A stretch of 63,067 nt of DNA, the filler included, from Phoronis australis (taxonomy: Eukaryota; Animalia; Phoronida), in NCBI GenBank assembly GCA_002633005.1. It is 6 parts of 6 records of this genome, joined end to end, with 100 filler letters (N's around TTAATTAATTAA, not from the genome) between each part and the next. Parts side by side here need not be neighbours in the genome. Positions count along the whole stretch, not along the records: positions 41,220 to 63,067 come from NMRA01000932.1; 5 more parts are not named here. One strand, 5' to 3'. Made by a program: the position numbers and the translations under genes. Shown piece after piece: positions 41,222 to 52,086 of the stretch; positions within the stretch are counted from its first letter, which is position 1; every line of letters begins with the position of its first letter. Under the pieces are notes generated by a model. That model saw only the letters and a list, made by a program, of their open reading frames with translations, was not told where the DNA came from and searched no databases.

Positions 41222-42075
41222 TTCGAGCGTTTTGGTGAGGAAGTCAGCGACGCTAGGCGGGAAGGGGACAAAGATAAAAACAAAGCGATCGTGGCACAGA
41301 CGATGAAACTCATAGGGAACAGCGTGTATGGTAAGACGGTAACGAATCAAGAAAGACATCGTGACGTAAAGTATTGCGGAGAGGCTAAGGCTCAACGGGA
41401 AGTCCAATTCCCGAAATTTAGACACGTCAACTACATCGGGGACGGAACCTACGAATTGGAGATGAAAAAAACACCATCCGCCTGAACCTACCGCTTCAAA
41501 TAGGCTTTTTTGTTTATCAGTACGCAAAGTTGCGTATGTTGGAGTTTTATTACAACTTCATGTTAAGATTCGTCGACAGATCCGACTTCGAATATTGCGA
41601 AATGGACACGGACTCGGCGTACATGGCTATATCCGGTAACTGCCTTGAGGACGTAATAAAACCAGACATGCGAGCAGCTTTCGAGGGGGAAAAACATCTT
41701 TGGTTCCTGCGAAAGGACAAGGAAGAAAACGAAGCTTACGACACGCGCACACCCGGCTTATTGAAACTAGAATTTGAAGGGGACTACTGCATCGGTCTTT
41801 GCTCTAAAACCTATTACGTGGGGACGGACGACGGTCAATCCCATTTTAGCTGTAAAGGAGTGCAAAGACAAAGAAATCCAATCGACAAGGCGAGGTATCT
41901 CAAAGTATTACAGACCACAAAGAGTAGCTCGGCCCTCAACAAAGGATTCCGGTTAGGCGGTGACAACACTACATGTATGTACATGTATACCTACCTGCAA
42001 GAGAGGTGCGCGTTCACCTACTTTTATCCCAAACGACAAGTGTTCGACGACGGCGTCACCATACTGGACCTTTGA
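41222..42075 (+). pseudogene. polB: Protein-primed family B DNA polymerase (pPolB), C-terminal part, with one frameshift in an A7 run at 41465-41471
   Basis: Motif B KLIGNSVYGK and motif C YCEMDTDSAY. Adding one A joins ORFs 41291-41485 and 41530-42075 through TIRLNLPLQIGFFVYQYAKLRMLEFYY. Confidence 0.9.
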
Positions 42076-42270
42076 ACATTTAATTCGGACATTTGATCAG
42101 TTTGCTATAGACTACTTTTCTGAACGTTTTGATGATTTTAACATTTAATTCGGACATTTGATCAGTTTGCTATAGACTACTTTTCTGAACGTTTTGATGA
42201 TTTTAACATTTAATTTGGACATTTGATAAATTTGCTGTAGACTACTTTTCTGAACGTTTTGATGATTTTA
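42075..42270 (+). repeat. Tandem repeat, 3 x 65 bp, starting at the PolB stop codon
   Basis: Unit aacatttaattcggacatttgatcagtttgctatagactacttttctgaacgttttgatgatttt starts at 42075, 42140 and 42205. Confidence 0.95.
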
Positions 42271-42914
42271 TATTCATATGATTTTTGTAGTGTTGGTTTG
42301 TCATTAATACACGTTTAAACGCTATCGGTTTTATGTTCTGTGTTACCTGGTCGCTTCTTATTATTACGAGTACGATTTGCCCAGTACCGTCGGGGCCTGC
42401 GTTAGACTTTACGCGACATCTGTTGTTGGGTTGGGTGGTTATCCCCTTTTGTATACGCCTTTGTTTTTGATGAGACAGAACACACAATATACACGACAGT
42501 CGGCGTACACGAACTAAGGTAATCCACGTTTTGTTATTATCATCCTTCTCTTTGTTTCGATTCTTTTCGATTCTCCATCCGTTGCTAGGAGCCGCAAAAC
42601 GGGCATCGAGGTGTCTCTCTAACCAATTAAACCTATTACGTAGTGAGGTGTAACGTCATTGACACATCCGTCCGGTAGGTGTCCCTTCCGATCGCAGTTA
42701 TCCCACGTGACCTTTGACCTTTCACATAGATAACCTTTGACCGAGGAGCCTCAAAACAGGCGCCCAAAACCTCTTACTATACTACTCTCGTGCATGCAAA
42801 GTTTAGGAATTGCAGTAGCAAAATCGAAGCTCTTCTGGCATAACCATGCCGTAAGCAGACATACACAAGTGCTCGAAGTGAATTACGTGACCTGTAACTT
42901 GGCAGACACTTGTA

Positions 42915-43317
42915 CCGAGAATTTCCGTAGATAAGCCCATGGGCTTGTATTCGGAAAATTAAAATTTCCAGGCGCTTTAGGTACACCAAATAAACGCCCG
43001 GTCGTTTATTCGTAAAATGGGGACGTGTAAACGGAAAGTCATAATTTTGCTGACTTTGATATTCTTTTACTTAAAACTGCGTTTTTAACTTTTATGTTAG
43101 TAAATGCATAGCTCGCCAACACCTTGCTCGCCTCCACAAAATTGATTGAATTTGTGACAAAAAGTTGACGCTGAGTGGGCTTTTAAGAGGAAAATTTCCA
43201 AATAAACACCCCACTATCTGGACACTTGACACCACAAGTTGTAACAGCAAATAAACTTCCATGGGCGTGTATTTGGCATGATTTTGATCGGGTGGGCTTA
43301 TCTACGGAAAATTCCGG
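42915..43317. mobile_element. MITE with ~25-bp TIRs and TA target duplication
   Basis: TA|ccgagaatttccgtagataagccca ... tgggcttatctacggaaaattccgg|TA. Confidence 0.8.
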
Positions 43318-44319
43318 TAGTGAGTAAGGAAACGGCCAATGATCTTCTTTATTCAGAGTTGCAGCAGTCCATGATGTATATCTATTTGGCTCTGTTGCTG
43401 CTGGAGACTACTGTGTGGTAGCTTAGGTGGGAATTTTAAACAGTAAAATATCCTTATATTGTATTTACTACATTTTAATGCATATAAACGATAAATAATG
43501 ACTGGTTTAACACGACAAATACACAAATGTGCGGTCTAAAAATAGTGAAATTCAGACCCCTCTTCTAAAGAATGCATGAAGGGCTGACAGTTTGTTTTTT
43601 TGTATTTCTTTCAAATGCACAGAGTCTTCTACATTTTCAGTTTTCTCCTGCGGGCAGCTTAGATATAAGGGTATCACGTACTGCTGGTTTTTCACAAACA
43701 TGAAATGTACCTCCACTGAAACAGTTCCAGTGTTACCATGGTAACCAGTATTTTAGTGTCAGTGCCGTTTTTGCTTGCATAGTTCACGAACTTATCACAT
43801 ATCAACATTATTCACAAAAGGTTCAGTTTGAAGCAGAAATTGCAGTAGATATCAAAAATGGCACATTCCGCATCCAGAAATTGCCCCATTTTGCCCCCCC
43901 CCAGAAGACTACCCTGGTGTCTCCAAAACCACAAACTCTGTGGTGAAATACTTCAACCAATTTTTCTCATCCCTAATGTGATTTATTAGACTAAACATGG
44001 TACTGAATGGTTGAGCTCGCACCTTGCCGCTTTTTGGCTGTTTAATGTTGTGCTTGGTTGCTCCGCTCTCTGGTTCCCTTCGTGTCCGCTAGGGGGTAGA
44101 GAACATGAAGGTATCATTCAGTAGCACGCGTTTTATCACTGGTCTATATGTAATCTTGACAATCATTGGTTACCTTTGCCAATGAGATAAATATAGCTCA
44201 TTGTTTTTAGCTTTTTGGCCCACCTGAACAGCGTGGAAATTTGTGTGCATGAGAAGAGGGTGTTATGTTTTCATTGATGATTCTAGGAATGTGAAAAGTT
44301 TGAATAGACAACAACTTTT

Positions 44320-44378
44320 CTAAAATGTAGCGACATGTTTCGGCGGCAAAACATCCACCGTTTTCAAGCTTTATTCAG
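44320..44378 (-). ncRNA. Minimal type I hammerhead ribozyme (U3-A8 variant), Penelope-associated
   Basis: Minus strand reads AGC-UUGAAAA-C-GGUGG(augUUUUg)CCGCC-GAAA-C-AU-GUC-GCU: core, 5-bp stem II, palindromic ACAUGU stem III, and AGC/GCU stem I. Confidence 0.65.
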
Positions 44379-44573
44379 AGAATGGACGCCAGTATGGCTA
44401 CAGGCATAATACACAGAAAATCCCAAAACACGCAAAAATACCAGAACAGGATTGGCTAGCAATCAGCGAATCACAACTCGGTGTAACAGTGACAACGACT
44501 CATGGGAAAGCTGTACATTGAGTGAGGGCGTTTCTGAACTCTAGAAAAACAACGCTGCTTGTTGAGAGGCCGC

Positions 44574-44678
44574 TGGGGGAACACAAGTTCTACGATTATT
44601 GACTTTTATAGTAATCGTTATCGCTTGAAACTGCGTGAAGCTATTCACGTTCGTTGTTCAGAAACTCCCTCACTCAGT
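44574..44678 (+). pseudogene. C-terminal fragment of a Penelope-type GIY-YIG endonuclease
   Basis: IIDFYSNRYRLKLREAIHVRCSETPSLS resembles the PLE motif ILDxxxN...KI[KR]EAIxI...PxLN. Confidence 0.6.
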
Positions 44679-44679
44679 T

Positions 44680-44824
44680 TTTGCGTTTCCCAAAAGACCC
44701 CAAGATCGCCCAGAAATGACAAAGGTTCGTGCGTCGGACACGGGTATGGCAGTAAACGGTGGAGCAAGCGATCAGTTCAGGGGCCACGCTGTGTTCAGCC
44801 CAGTTTGAAGAAGTATACTTCGAT
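44680..44824 (+). pseudogene. THAP-domain relic
   Basis: FAFPK/DPKIAQK*QRFVRRTRVWQ*...ATLCSAQFEEVYFD: one frameshift, two stops, conserved Trp mutated to TGA. Confidence 0.7.
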
Positions 44825-45854
44825 CCGTCGCAAGAACGGAAATTTGATGAAGGTTTGTCCATTGTGTAAGTGCATTTGATGGAGAGAAATTGTATTGTCG
44901 GTTGTACCATTGCTGGGAGCGTAGTTGAATGAGCATCAGCGCCGAATATTGTGACAGAGACAATGAATGTGATTGCACTAAGTTTTCATCAGTCTATTCT
45001 TATTCAAGATGTTGTGGGTATCCGTGCTGTCCACAAACTTACGCCAATGTCCAATAGTAAAACTGGGATGTAAATGCCACGCAAATAGTTCGAGATCACG
45101 GCCGCAGCCGGCACAGAGGCTGGAGTCGGACATTGGGCGAATCACAACGGTACAAATCTTTTCATAATTTTGCAACAGACAAGACAGAAACGAGAATCGT
45201 TTACCAGAAATAAAGTCCAGTTAGCATCACTTTTATTAGATATGATCGTTGCTATCAAACACACTCTGCACTCGACGAAATGATGAAATCAGTCTGCCGA
45301 TATCGCAAAATAAGTGTTTTTTATTTAGTTTTTGTGTTATAAAATTAGCACACACGGTCTTAAACCTCAAAAAGTACAAAAATCCATTGCAGGACCGCTT
45401 TAACTACCGACGGTGACACGATTAGGTGCGGATTCAAAGCTATTCTATTGGATGTACAGCTGAGGATGAGGAAAAACTCTCGCGATTAGATGGCGTGAAG
45501 TTTTACTGGTGATCACTGATGGTCTGGTACATGGGGACAGTAATACAATTATAGTCTTGTCGGCGAAATACATTTTCGTAAGTCACATGAGCTGTCACCC
45601 ACGCATGTTTCACATCATACACTAGTAGTGAACAAAAATGTTTGGGACATGTTAGGAAGATGAATTTATTTCACTTTCAGTTCGGCTTGTTTATGGACGT
45701 AAATTGACGGGCGAATTTTCACCTTTTATATCCAGTAAACTCTTTTTATCGTTCTCCGTAAATCGCTTCGTTGCTTCAGTAGTTACTCGACCTCATTTTA
45801 ATTACCAATCGTGACCTATAACTGGTCGGAGCCGTCAAGCCTCTAGGTACCAGT

Positions 45855-46871
45855 CTATACCACCTGAGAGGGATGGGGGTTTACAACGGCAGTGCAGGGG
45901 TGGCAACAGACGACCGACTTCAGTTGTATGCGCAGTTTAGAGCTAGTGCAGATGAGGACAAGGGGATTGACAACTGTAGTAAACGTGAACAAAAACATAA
46001 CGACATCTGTTATTTTCAACATTTCGTCTACGTTGTACTTCATACTCGAATAAACGACGATGTCGACAACAGATTTCGGTGTAATAAAAACTGAAACACC
46101 AACCATTGTGATCGACATAGCTATGGACATCCGATTTTTCTTTTTATTCATAACCTGTTCAACCATAGTTTGTTGAGGATACACCGTTGTCAATTGATGC
46201 CTGATAGTCTTAACTATCAGTATGTACAGGATGAAAGAAACTGAAGTCGGCAGAAGGGACCCTACCACCGAGTAGACTAGAGGAAAAGCAGCGTCCAGAC
46301 TCACTAATGCCGTGCAGACGTTAGCACCGTCTGTCGTATTCATGACTAACCACAGAATGGCCGACAGAGGAATGATAGAAACACCACACCACGCAAGGAT
46401 CCCAATCATCTTGCAGTTCTTCTTAGACATGATGAGTGCGTGTGACATCCACCACTTTGTTGCCACTAGCCTATCGAATGCTATCAAAGTGTGAGTCACT
46501 GTGCAGACTAAATATGGCAGAAGGTACAGGAAATAAAACAAACAAAAAATAAAAGTTTGCTCACAAAGCCATTCAAGAAAACGATGTGACGTCAGCACGC
46601 CGCCAAATACAACCATGTCGAAAGGCAAAGACACGGTCACAGCAAAAATGTCGTTTACCATAATTGCTTTTATGAGTATGGCAGAAGAATCACATAAAAG
46701 TTTGAATTTACACAAAATGTATAGCAAAGTCGAGTTGAGGACGAGAGCAGACAGTATTGTAAACACTTGAAGACCGGTCATGGTAACTTTCCAGGTTGAT
46801 GGTGGTCCAATCGTTTGTCCAAACACTCCAAAATTTTCAGGTGAAGTTGTATTGTGTTCCTCGTCTGCCAT
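45855..46871 (-). CDS. Orphan class A (rhodopsin-like) 7TM GPCR, intronless CDS
   Basis: 338 aa with seven hydrophobic segments: TM1 Asn, TM2 Asp, IAFDRL (DRY variant), TM4 Trp, TM5/TM6 Pro, NPLVL (NPxxY variant), and C-terminal CC. A splice acceptor lies 15 nt upstream of the ATG. Confidence 0.93.
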   Translation of the reverse strand: MADEEHNTTSPENFGVFGQTIGPPSTWKVTMTGLQVFTILSALVLNSTLLYILCKFKLLCDSSAILIKAIMVNDIFAVTVSLPFDMVVFGGVLTSHRFLEWLCEQTFIFCLFYFLYLLPYLVCTVTHTLIAFDRLVATKWWMSHALIMSKKNCKMIGILAWCGVSIIPLSAILWLVMNTTDGANVCTALVSLDAAFPLVYSVVGSLLPTSVSFILYILIVKTIRHQLTTVYPQQTMVEQVMNKKKNRMSIAMSITMVGVSVFITPKSVVDIVVYSSMKYNVDEMLKITDVVMFLFTFTTVVNPLVLICTSSKLRIQLKSVVCCHPCTAVVNPHPSQVV

Positions 46872-47499
46872 TCTCTTTCCTTTGGCCTGAAAGAGACACG
46901 ATAATTGTAGTGAATACGCAAGTCACGCGCTATGACTCAGTTTATAAAGTGTCATTGCACCGTTTTAACTGACTAAAACAAAAACCGAATCGGGACACTT
47001 ACTCTCATAAATAAAAATAGGAGTCATAATACTCCTGACAGTTATAAGATTCTATTTACGTTACCAACTTAGTCACAGGCAATGTGTACATGCGCCATTT
47101 TTGAATTCGCAGTTTCAGGTCGGCCAATCCCAATAGGCCCTGAATAGCTTTCTCGATGGTTTCGATGTTCTTGTAGGTGACGGAAATCAAATCCTGCCAC
47201 AATAAAGAACAATACATAACCAATTTTAGCTGAGTGAAAGGCCTAATTAGATTTTTGTTTTTAGTTGGGTCATGTAACGAAATATGGCTTTAGTTTTCTC
47301 TACAAGCCACACCAATAGTTTTATTCAAAATTAAACACATGATGGATCTTTGGTGTACATTTTTTCATTTTGTGGAGACATGTTGTCCTGGTTCAGCGGC
47401 GGAACTCTTTCCGAGTTTTGTTCGTAGTCACAAGAATTTCTTGAGTAGAGTTGGTGTGATTACTTGCTTCGCTTGTAATGCATTTGCCCGTTCCAAGAA

Positions 47500-48990
47500 A
47501 ACTGACTGGGCGTCTGGCGTCCGGCGTCCGTATCTCCTAAATCCCTTTCAGGGTCTTGATGAGATTTGGAGGATGTATTACCATGAAGCTGACGACAGAT
47601 GACGAGAATTTCGGACCTCTCCGACTACCGGTGTGCCCCCTAGGGGTAATTTTAGTTTTTTACGTCTACCTTTATCTTCGGAGGTCCTCAACGGATTTTC
47701 ATAAAATTTGAAAGTTAGGCATCTGTTACTGAGATCACACTGTCCTCCAATTTTTGGATGGATTCGATGTACTTTGTGGCACCTAATGGCCTTTTTTACT
47801 GTTTTCGTTTTTGTTTTTAGGCGTCCGCCCCTGTTTTTTTGCGTCCACCCCTGTATCAACCAAAACGTTCTAAGAGAGGGCAGCTGACGATGATTTTCCG
47901 ACGACTTCGACTACTGTGGCGCCTCCTAGTGGCAATTTTGTTCGTTTTTGCGGCCATGGCTGTATCTAAACGCTATATGAAGTTGAGAACAGACGACGAC
48001 GACTTTCGGACGGATCGGACTACCGGTGTGCCCCCTGGTGGCAATTTTCTTTCTTTACGTTTGCCTCTGTACCTTAAAGGTCCTCTACGGATTTTCATAA
48101 AATTTGGCAGATAAGCATCAAGGCATACTGAGGTGACGCTATCCTCCGGTTTTAAGATAGATTCGAGGTATTTTGCGCCATCTAGTGGCCATTTTTACTG
48201 TTTTCGAGTCTCATGCGTTTTGGTGTCTGCCCCTCTGTCAACCAGACCACTCTAAGGATGTTTGTGGAAATTTTCAAGTATGTTTCTAATGTAAAGAGAT
48301 CGACTGACGATGATTTTCGGAACACCTCGAATACTGTGGCACCGCCTAGTGTTTCTCTGAAGCTGCTTAACGAATTTGCATGAAAATTGGTAAATATCCT
48401 TTTATTGAAACGATGACATGTTCTCGGTTTCCGACGGATTTGACATATTTTGGTCTATCTAGTGGCCATTTTTACTGTTTTCTAGTCTGTTTTTGCATCT
48501 GCCCCTCTATCAACCAAACCACAACAAGGATGATTGTGAAAATTGGCATATATGGTTTTAGTGGGAATAGGACGATTGACGATGATTTTCCGACGACTTC
48601 ATCTACTGTGATCCCTCCTAGTGGCAGTTATGTTAGTTTTGCGTCGCTAGCCTCCTAGTACCAATTTTATTTTTCTGTTTTTTTCGGATTTTTATGAATT
48701 TTGGTAAATACCTTTGGCATATACATGTACCAGTTTTCGGATAATACGACATATTTTGCGCCATTTAGTGGCCAGGAACACGTCAAGACCAATAGTATTG
48801 CGATAAGTGCTCTTACCAATTTATTGTCGTTGACATAAAACGGATTAATAACCGCTTTAACGTTTTCAGGTAAGTTAAATTTCGTCAAATGTTGAAGCCA
48901 ATGTAAACCATGCAGGCACCAGGGGGTGATATAACAAAAACACTTTGACTAAGCTGCAAATCGGAGGAGGTCTGCGCTGCGTCCCGTATT
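47500..48990 (+). repeat. Internally repetitive non-coding element with a CTCF-like motif array; relatives at ~29560-30250 (+) and ~36960-38200 (-)
   Basis: Recurring units such as gacgatgattttc.g...ctac.g.g..cc.cctagtggc and aaatttggca, spaced ~110-165 bp, preceded by a short (GGCGTCC)n run. Confidence 0.75.
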
Positions 48991-49150
48991 TACTGGCAAG
49001 TTTGGGAGATCATGATGTCGCCATAAAATTACTAATGCAGCAGGTGATTTTACTTGCTATCACTCGCGACTGTAATAGAACCAACTCCACGCCGACAGAC
49101 GGAGCGTTCCAAAACGAGGCTCGCTACGATAGCTCTGCTAGCTTATCGGC

Positions 49151-49280
49151 ATAGTAGGGCCGCGTTGCTCGAACGGCCAGAAAAAATACGGACACTCAAC
49201 TGTCTGCTTTACAATGCCTAAGGACGTTGAGATTCGGAAGCGTTGGGTCGTTTACATACGCCGCGACGAAGGAAAATATG
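49151..49280 (+). pseudogene. THAP-domain N-terminal relic
   Basis: IVGPRCSNGQKKYGHSTVCFTMPKDVEIRKRWVVYIRRDEGKY matches THAP CSN...F..PKD...RKxW...IRR. Confidence 0.65.
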
Positions 49281-51924
49281 TCGGTGTAGAATTAATAAAT
49301 GTTTTAGAAAAGTTTAGATCATATTTTGTCGCATCTCAGTTGTCAAGCATCGATAGCAACGACCGGAGAATCTTCGGCCAGCCAGGCTCATAACTACGGG
49401 TTGAAACATGATGCATTTTTCTTTCCAAAAAGGACAGGGCCCTCAATCCCTCGATTTTGGGGCCAAATATCGGCCCTATTTCTCTCTCAAAAATATTGAA
49501 AGTCACGCGAAATTACCCCCACGAGGCCTAAAAATTCCCCTAGTGACTGAAATTTTCTCTCGATCCAAAGTTCAAATCACCTGTAACCACACAAGTGACA
49601 ATTTGAAAGAGCACAAAATGCTGATTTAAATTGAGACAGAGTCTATGAGAGCTTGCAATCGGCGGGAGTGCTATTGATGGTGATCAGGAGGTAGAGTTTT
49701 CTCCTCACTCAGTGAAAACATCTCCTCTCAGAAGGCACAGGCACCTCAGTTCCCCGACCTCGGATGAACAAGGCTCCTGGAAACATGATAGCTACGATTG
49801 CTCTTCCCATTTAACTGAATCGAGTTCTAAAACGAGGTTATGCTTTGGACGAACGAATTAGGGGATTTAAATTTAAAATTCAACTTGGTCCAGATTGATA
49901 TTTGAAACCTAATACATGAAATAGACATAAGAATTATTAAAACCAAGAAAGCAGAATTGATGGTCAAATAATTTTTATTTTAATTAAAATATATTTAATG
50001 ACATCAATTATTCCTTCAGATCAATGACAAATCAACTGTTAGTCCCGGTATAGTCCCTACCTCACCAGGATCAGGCCATGCTTGATGTTAATATTCTTGA
50101 TCAACACATTAAACCAGGTGTGACTACTTACAAATGACAGCAAAATGCGATGAGCCACCACAGTCGAATATATCTCAGTTCAACTCGTCAACAATACGAG
50201 CAGATGACCTGGTCCGTGTAGAAATCATTTTTATCAACAATTAAATTACAAGAAGATACGTAACCCTGCATTCAGCATAATACCTAATCCGTAAAAAAAA
50301 TACGATCGCCGCAATTTGGTCATATTTACTTTTCATGTTTCGAAAATAGTTTTCCAAAAAAATTATACCCTTTCGTCAGACAACTCTTTGGTGCATTAAC
50401 TTGTTCTCTAATGTATTTTCCTACGTCTCTGTGGTTAATTGTCGACACATTTTTAAGATTTAATATCCAGGTTGGACTGGAAAGATCGGCCATTTAACTA
50501 GGGCAATGTCAACTTTCGCTTTGTTTATCGCAGTGAGCCTCGGTTTGGATTTTAATGTCCGCCGCGTGAATTAGGTCTATTGAAATGCCTACGAGCCCCT
50601 AGGTAACAACCTCCACAATGCGCATACCTTTCAACTTGCAGTCTAGTACTATCGAAGGAAGTAATAATGTTGTGCTTAAACTTAAATTTCCGCTTAACCC
50701 CAAGACCGCGTATGCCGTGGGCTTTGAATTATATGTTCATTAAAGTAATCAAGGAACACTTGTTGTTCAGAATAAAGAATGTTTTGTAATTATTGGCAAA
50801 GGAACCGCCTATTTTTTCTTTACCGGAATTTATCGCGGATTCGGAGGAATATGTGCCTGATTAATCAGTGATGGGTGAATAAAATCGCCAACACGGAGTT
50901 AGTGAAAATAGACAATATACATTGGTTAAAATTTACAATATTCTACTAACGCGTGGCTTGTTACATGTATAGTACAGTGCAATTTTTATCAACGTCAACG
51001 TGATTATTTGTGTGAACTTGTCAAGTTTACTCGGGTATTCGTTAGCGATATAGCTTAAGATAAAGCCGAAGCCCAAGTTCAAGAACAACAATTAAACAGT
51101 TTCAGTGCTCGACGCTTTCCTGAACGATAACTCGCCGCATGCGGCTTAGCGAAAACATCAGGCCGCCAAATGAAAAGTGAGGTCGCAAAACCACCCCGGC
51201 CAACCCGCGATCGAGAACGACCGGAAGGCGAATGAGAACGAAATTTGGCGTGAGAAGAGAAGCCAGGCAAGGTGAGTAAATTTGATGAATTTTCATTGTT
51301 TTTACTTCCAATGTGAAAACAGCATAGGCGGATTCACGACTAAACTGAACAATTGTGAACCAAGGTTGTTGAACCTAGGACAAAACTATTGTTAATTTAA
51401 ACTTTGAAAGTCACCACAGACTTTGAAGGGAATTTCGGTGAATTGTTGTCTGACTCTGGTACTCACTGTGGCGACTTCGTGGCGACTTGAGATTTTTCCC
51501 AGGTCGCCAAACACAATCTGAAGTCGCATTGGCGAGCTGGTAAGTAGCCAAATCGAGCAGTGCTAGTTTAATGTCACACTGACAGCATACTGTGATATTT
51601 TGAGTCCTTACCTTTTCACGAAGTGCGAAGGTGTAAACAGAGATTGAACGTTTCAGCGGGAACCTACAGTTACCAGTCGCGCAAAAAGCGATTCCTGCTC
51701 TTTCAGGTCAACAGGTGGGGTGTTGTTGAACTTTTGGAGTTATTATTATTACTGCCTTGTTATAGTTATGCGCGCAAGATCATGAATGGATTTCGAAGTC
51801 GGTGCACCACTACTTTTAAAGGCGGCTTCAAAGTCGGGCATGCGCATTAGGCTCTTCGGTAAGAAATGTTAGAAATAAAACTGCGCAATGAAAGTCTTAT
51901 CCATCCTGTTGGGTTAGGTGGCAC

Positions 51925-52086
51925 TGAACAGTTAGACTGCTGCCGCGGCCATGAACTGCTAGACTGCTGCCGCGGCCATGAACAGTTAGACTGCTGCCGC
52001 GGCCATGAACAGTTAGACTGCTGCCGCGGCCATGAACAGTTAGACTGCTGCCGCGGCCATGAACAGTTAGACTGCTGCCGCGGCCA
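51925..52086 (+). repeat. Minisatellite, 6 x 27 bp
   Basis: Unit tgaacagttagactgctgccgcggcca. Five copies are identical and one has two substitutions. Confidence 0.97.

Larger units (their letters stand above)
41220..42786 (+). mobile_element. Right-hand end of a Polinton/Maverick (adintovirus-like) element, truncated by the contig start
   Basis: pPolB C-terminus, followed 711 bp later by ...ACTATACTACT (reverse complement AGTAGTATAGT), the AGT-repeat terminus typical of Polintons. Confidence 0.75.

Noticed and set aside
44978-45175. Possible fourth THAP relic (CAGC...WRKFVDST)
   Set aside because: Lacks the FP motif and a convincing CxxHF; similarity too weak.
51925-52086. CRISPR-like array
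   Set aside because: Head-to-tail repeats without unique spacers, no cas genes, and a eukaryotic context. The same applies to 42075-42270 and 58273-58498.
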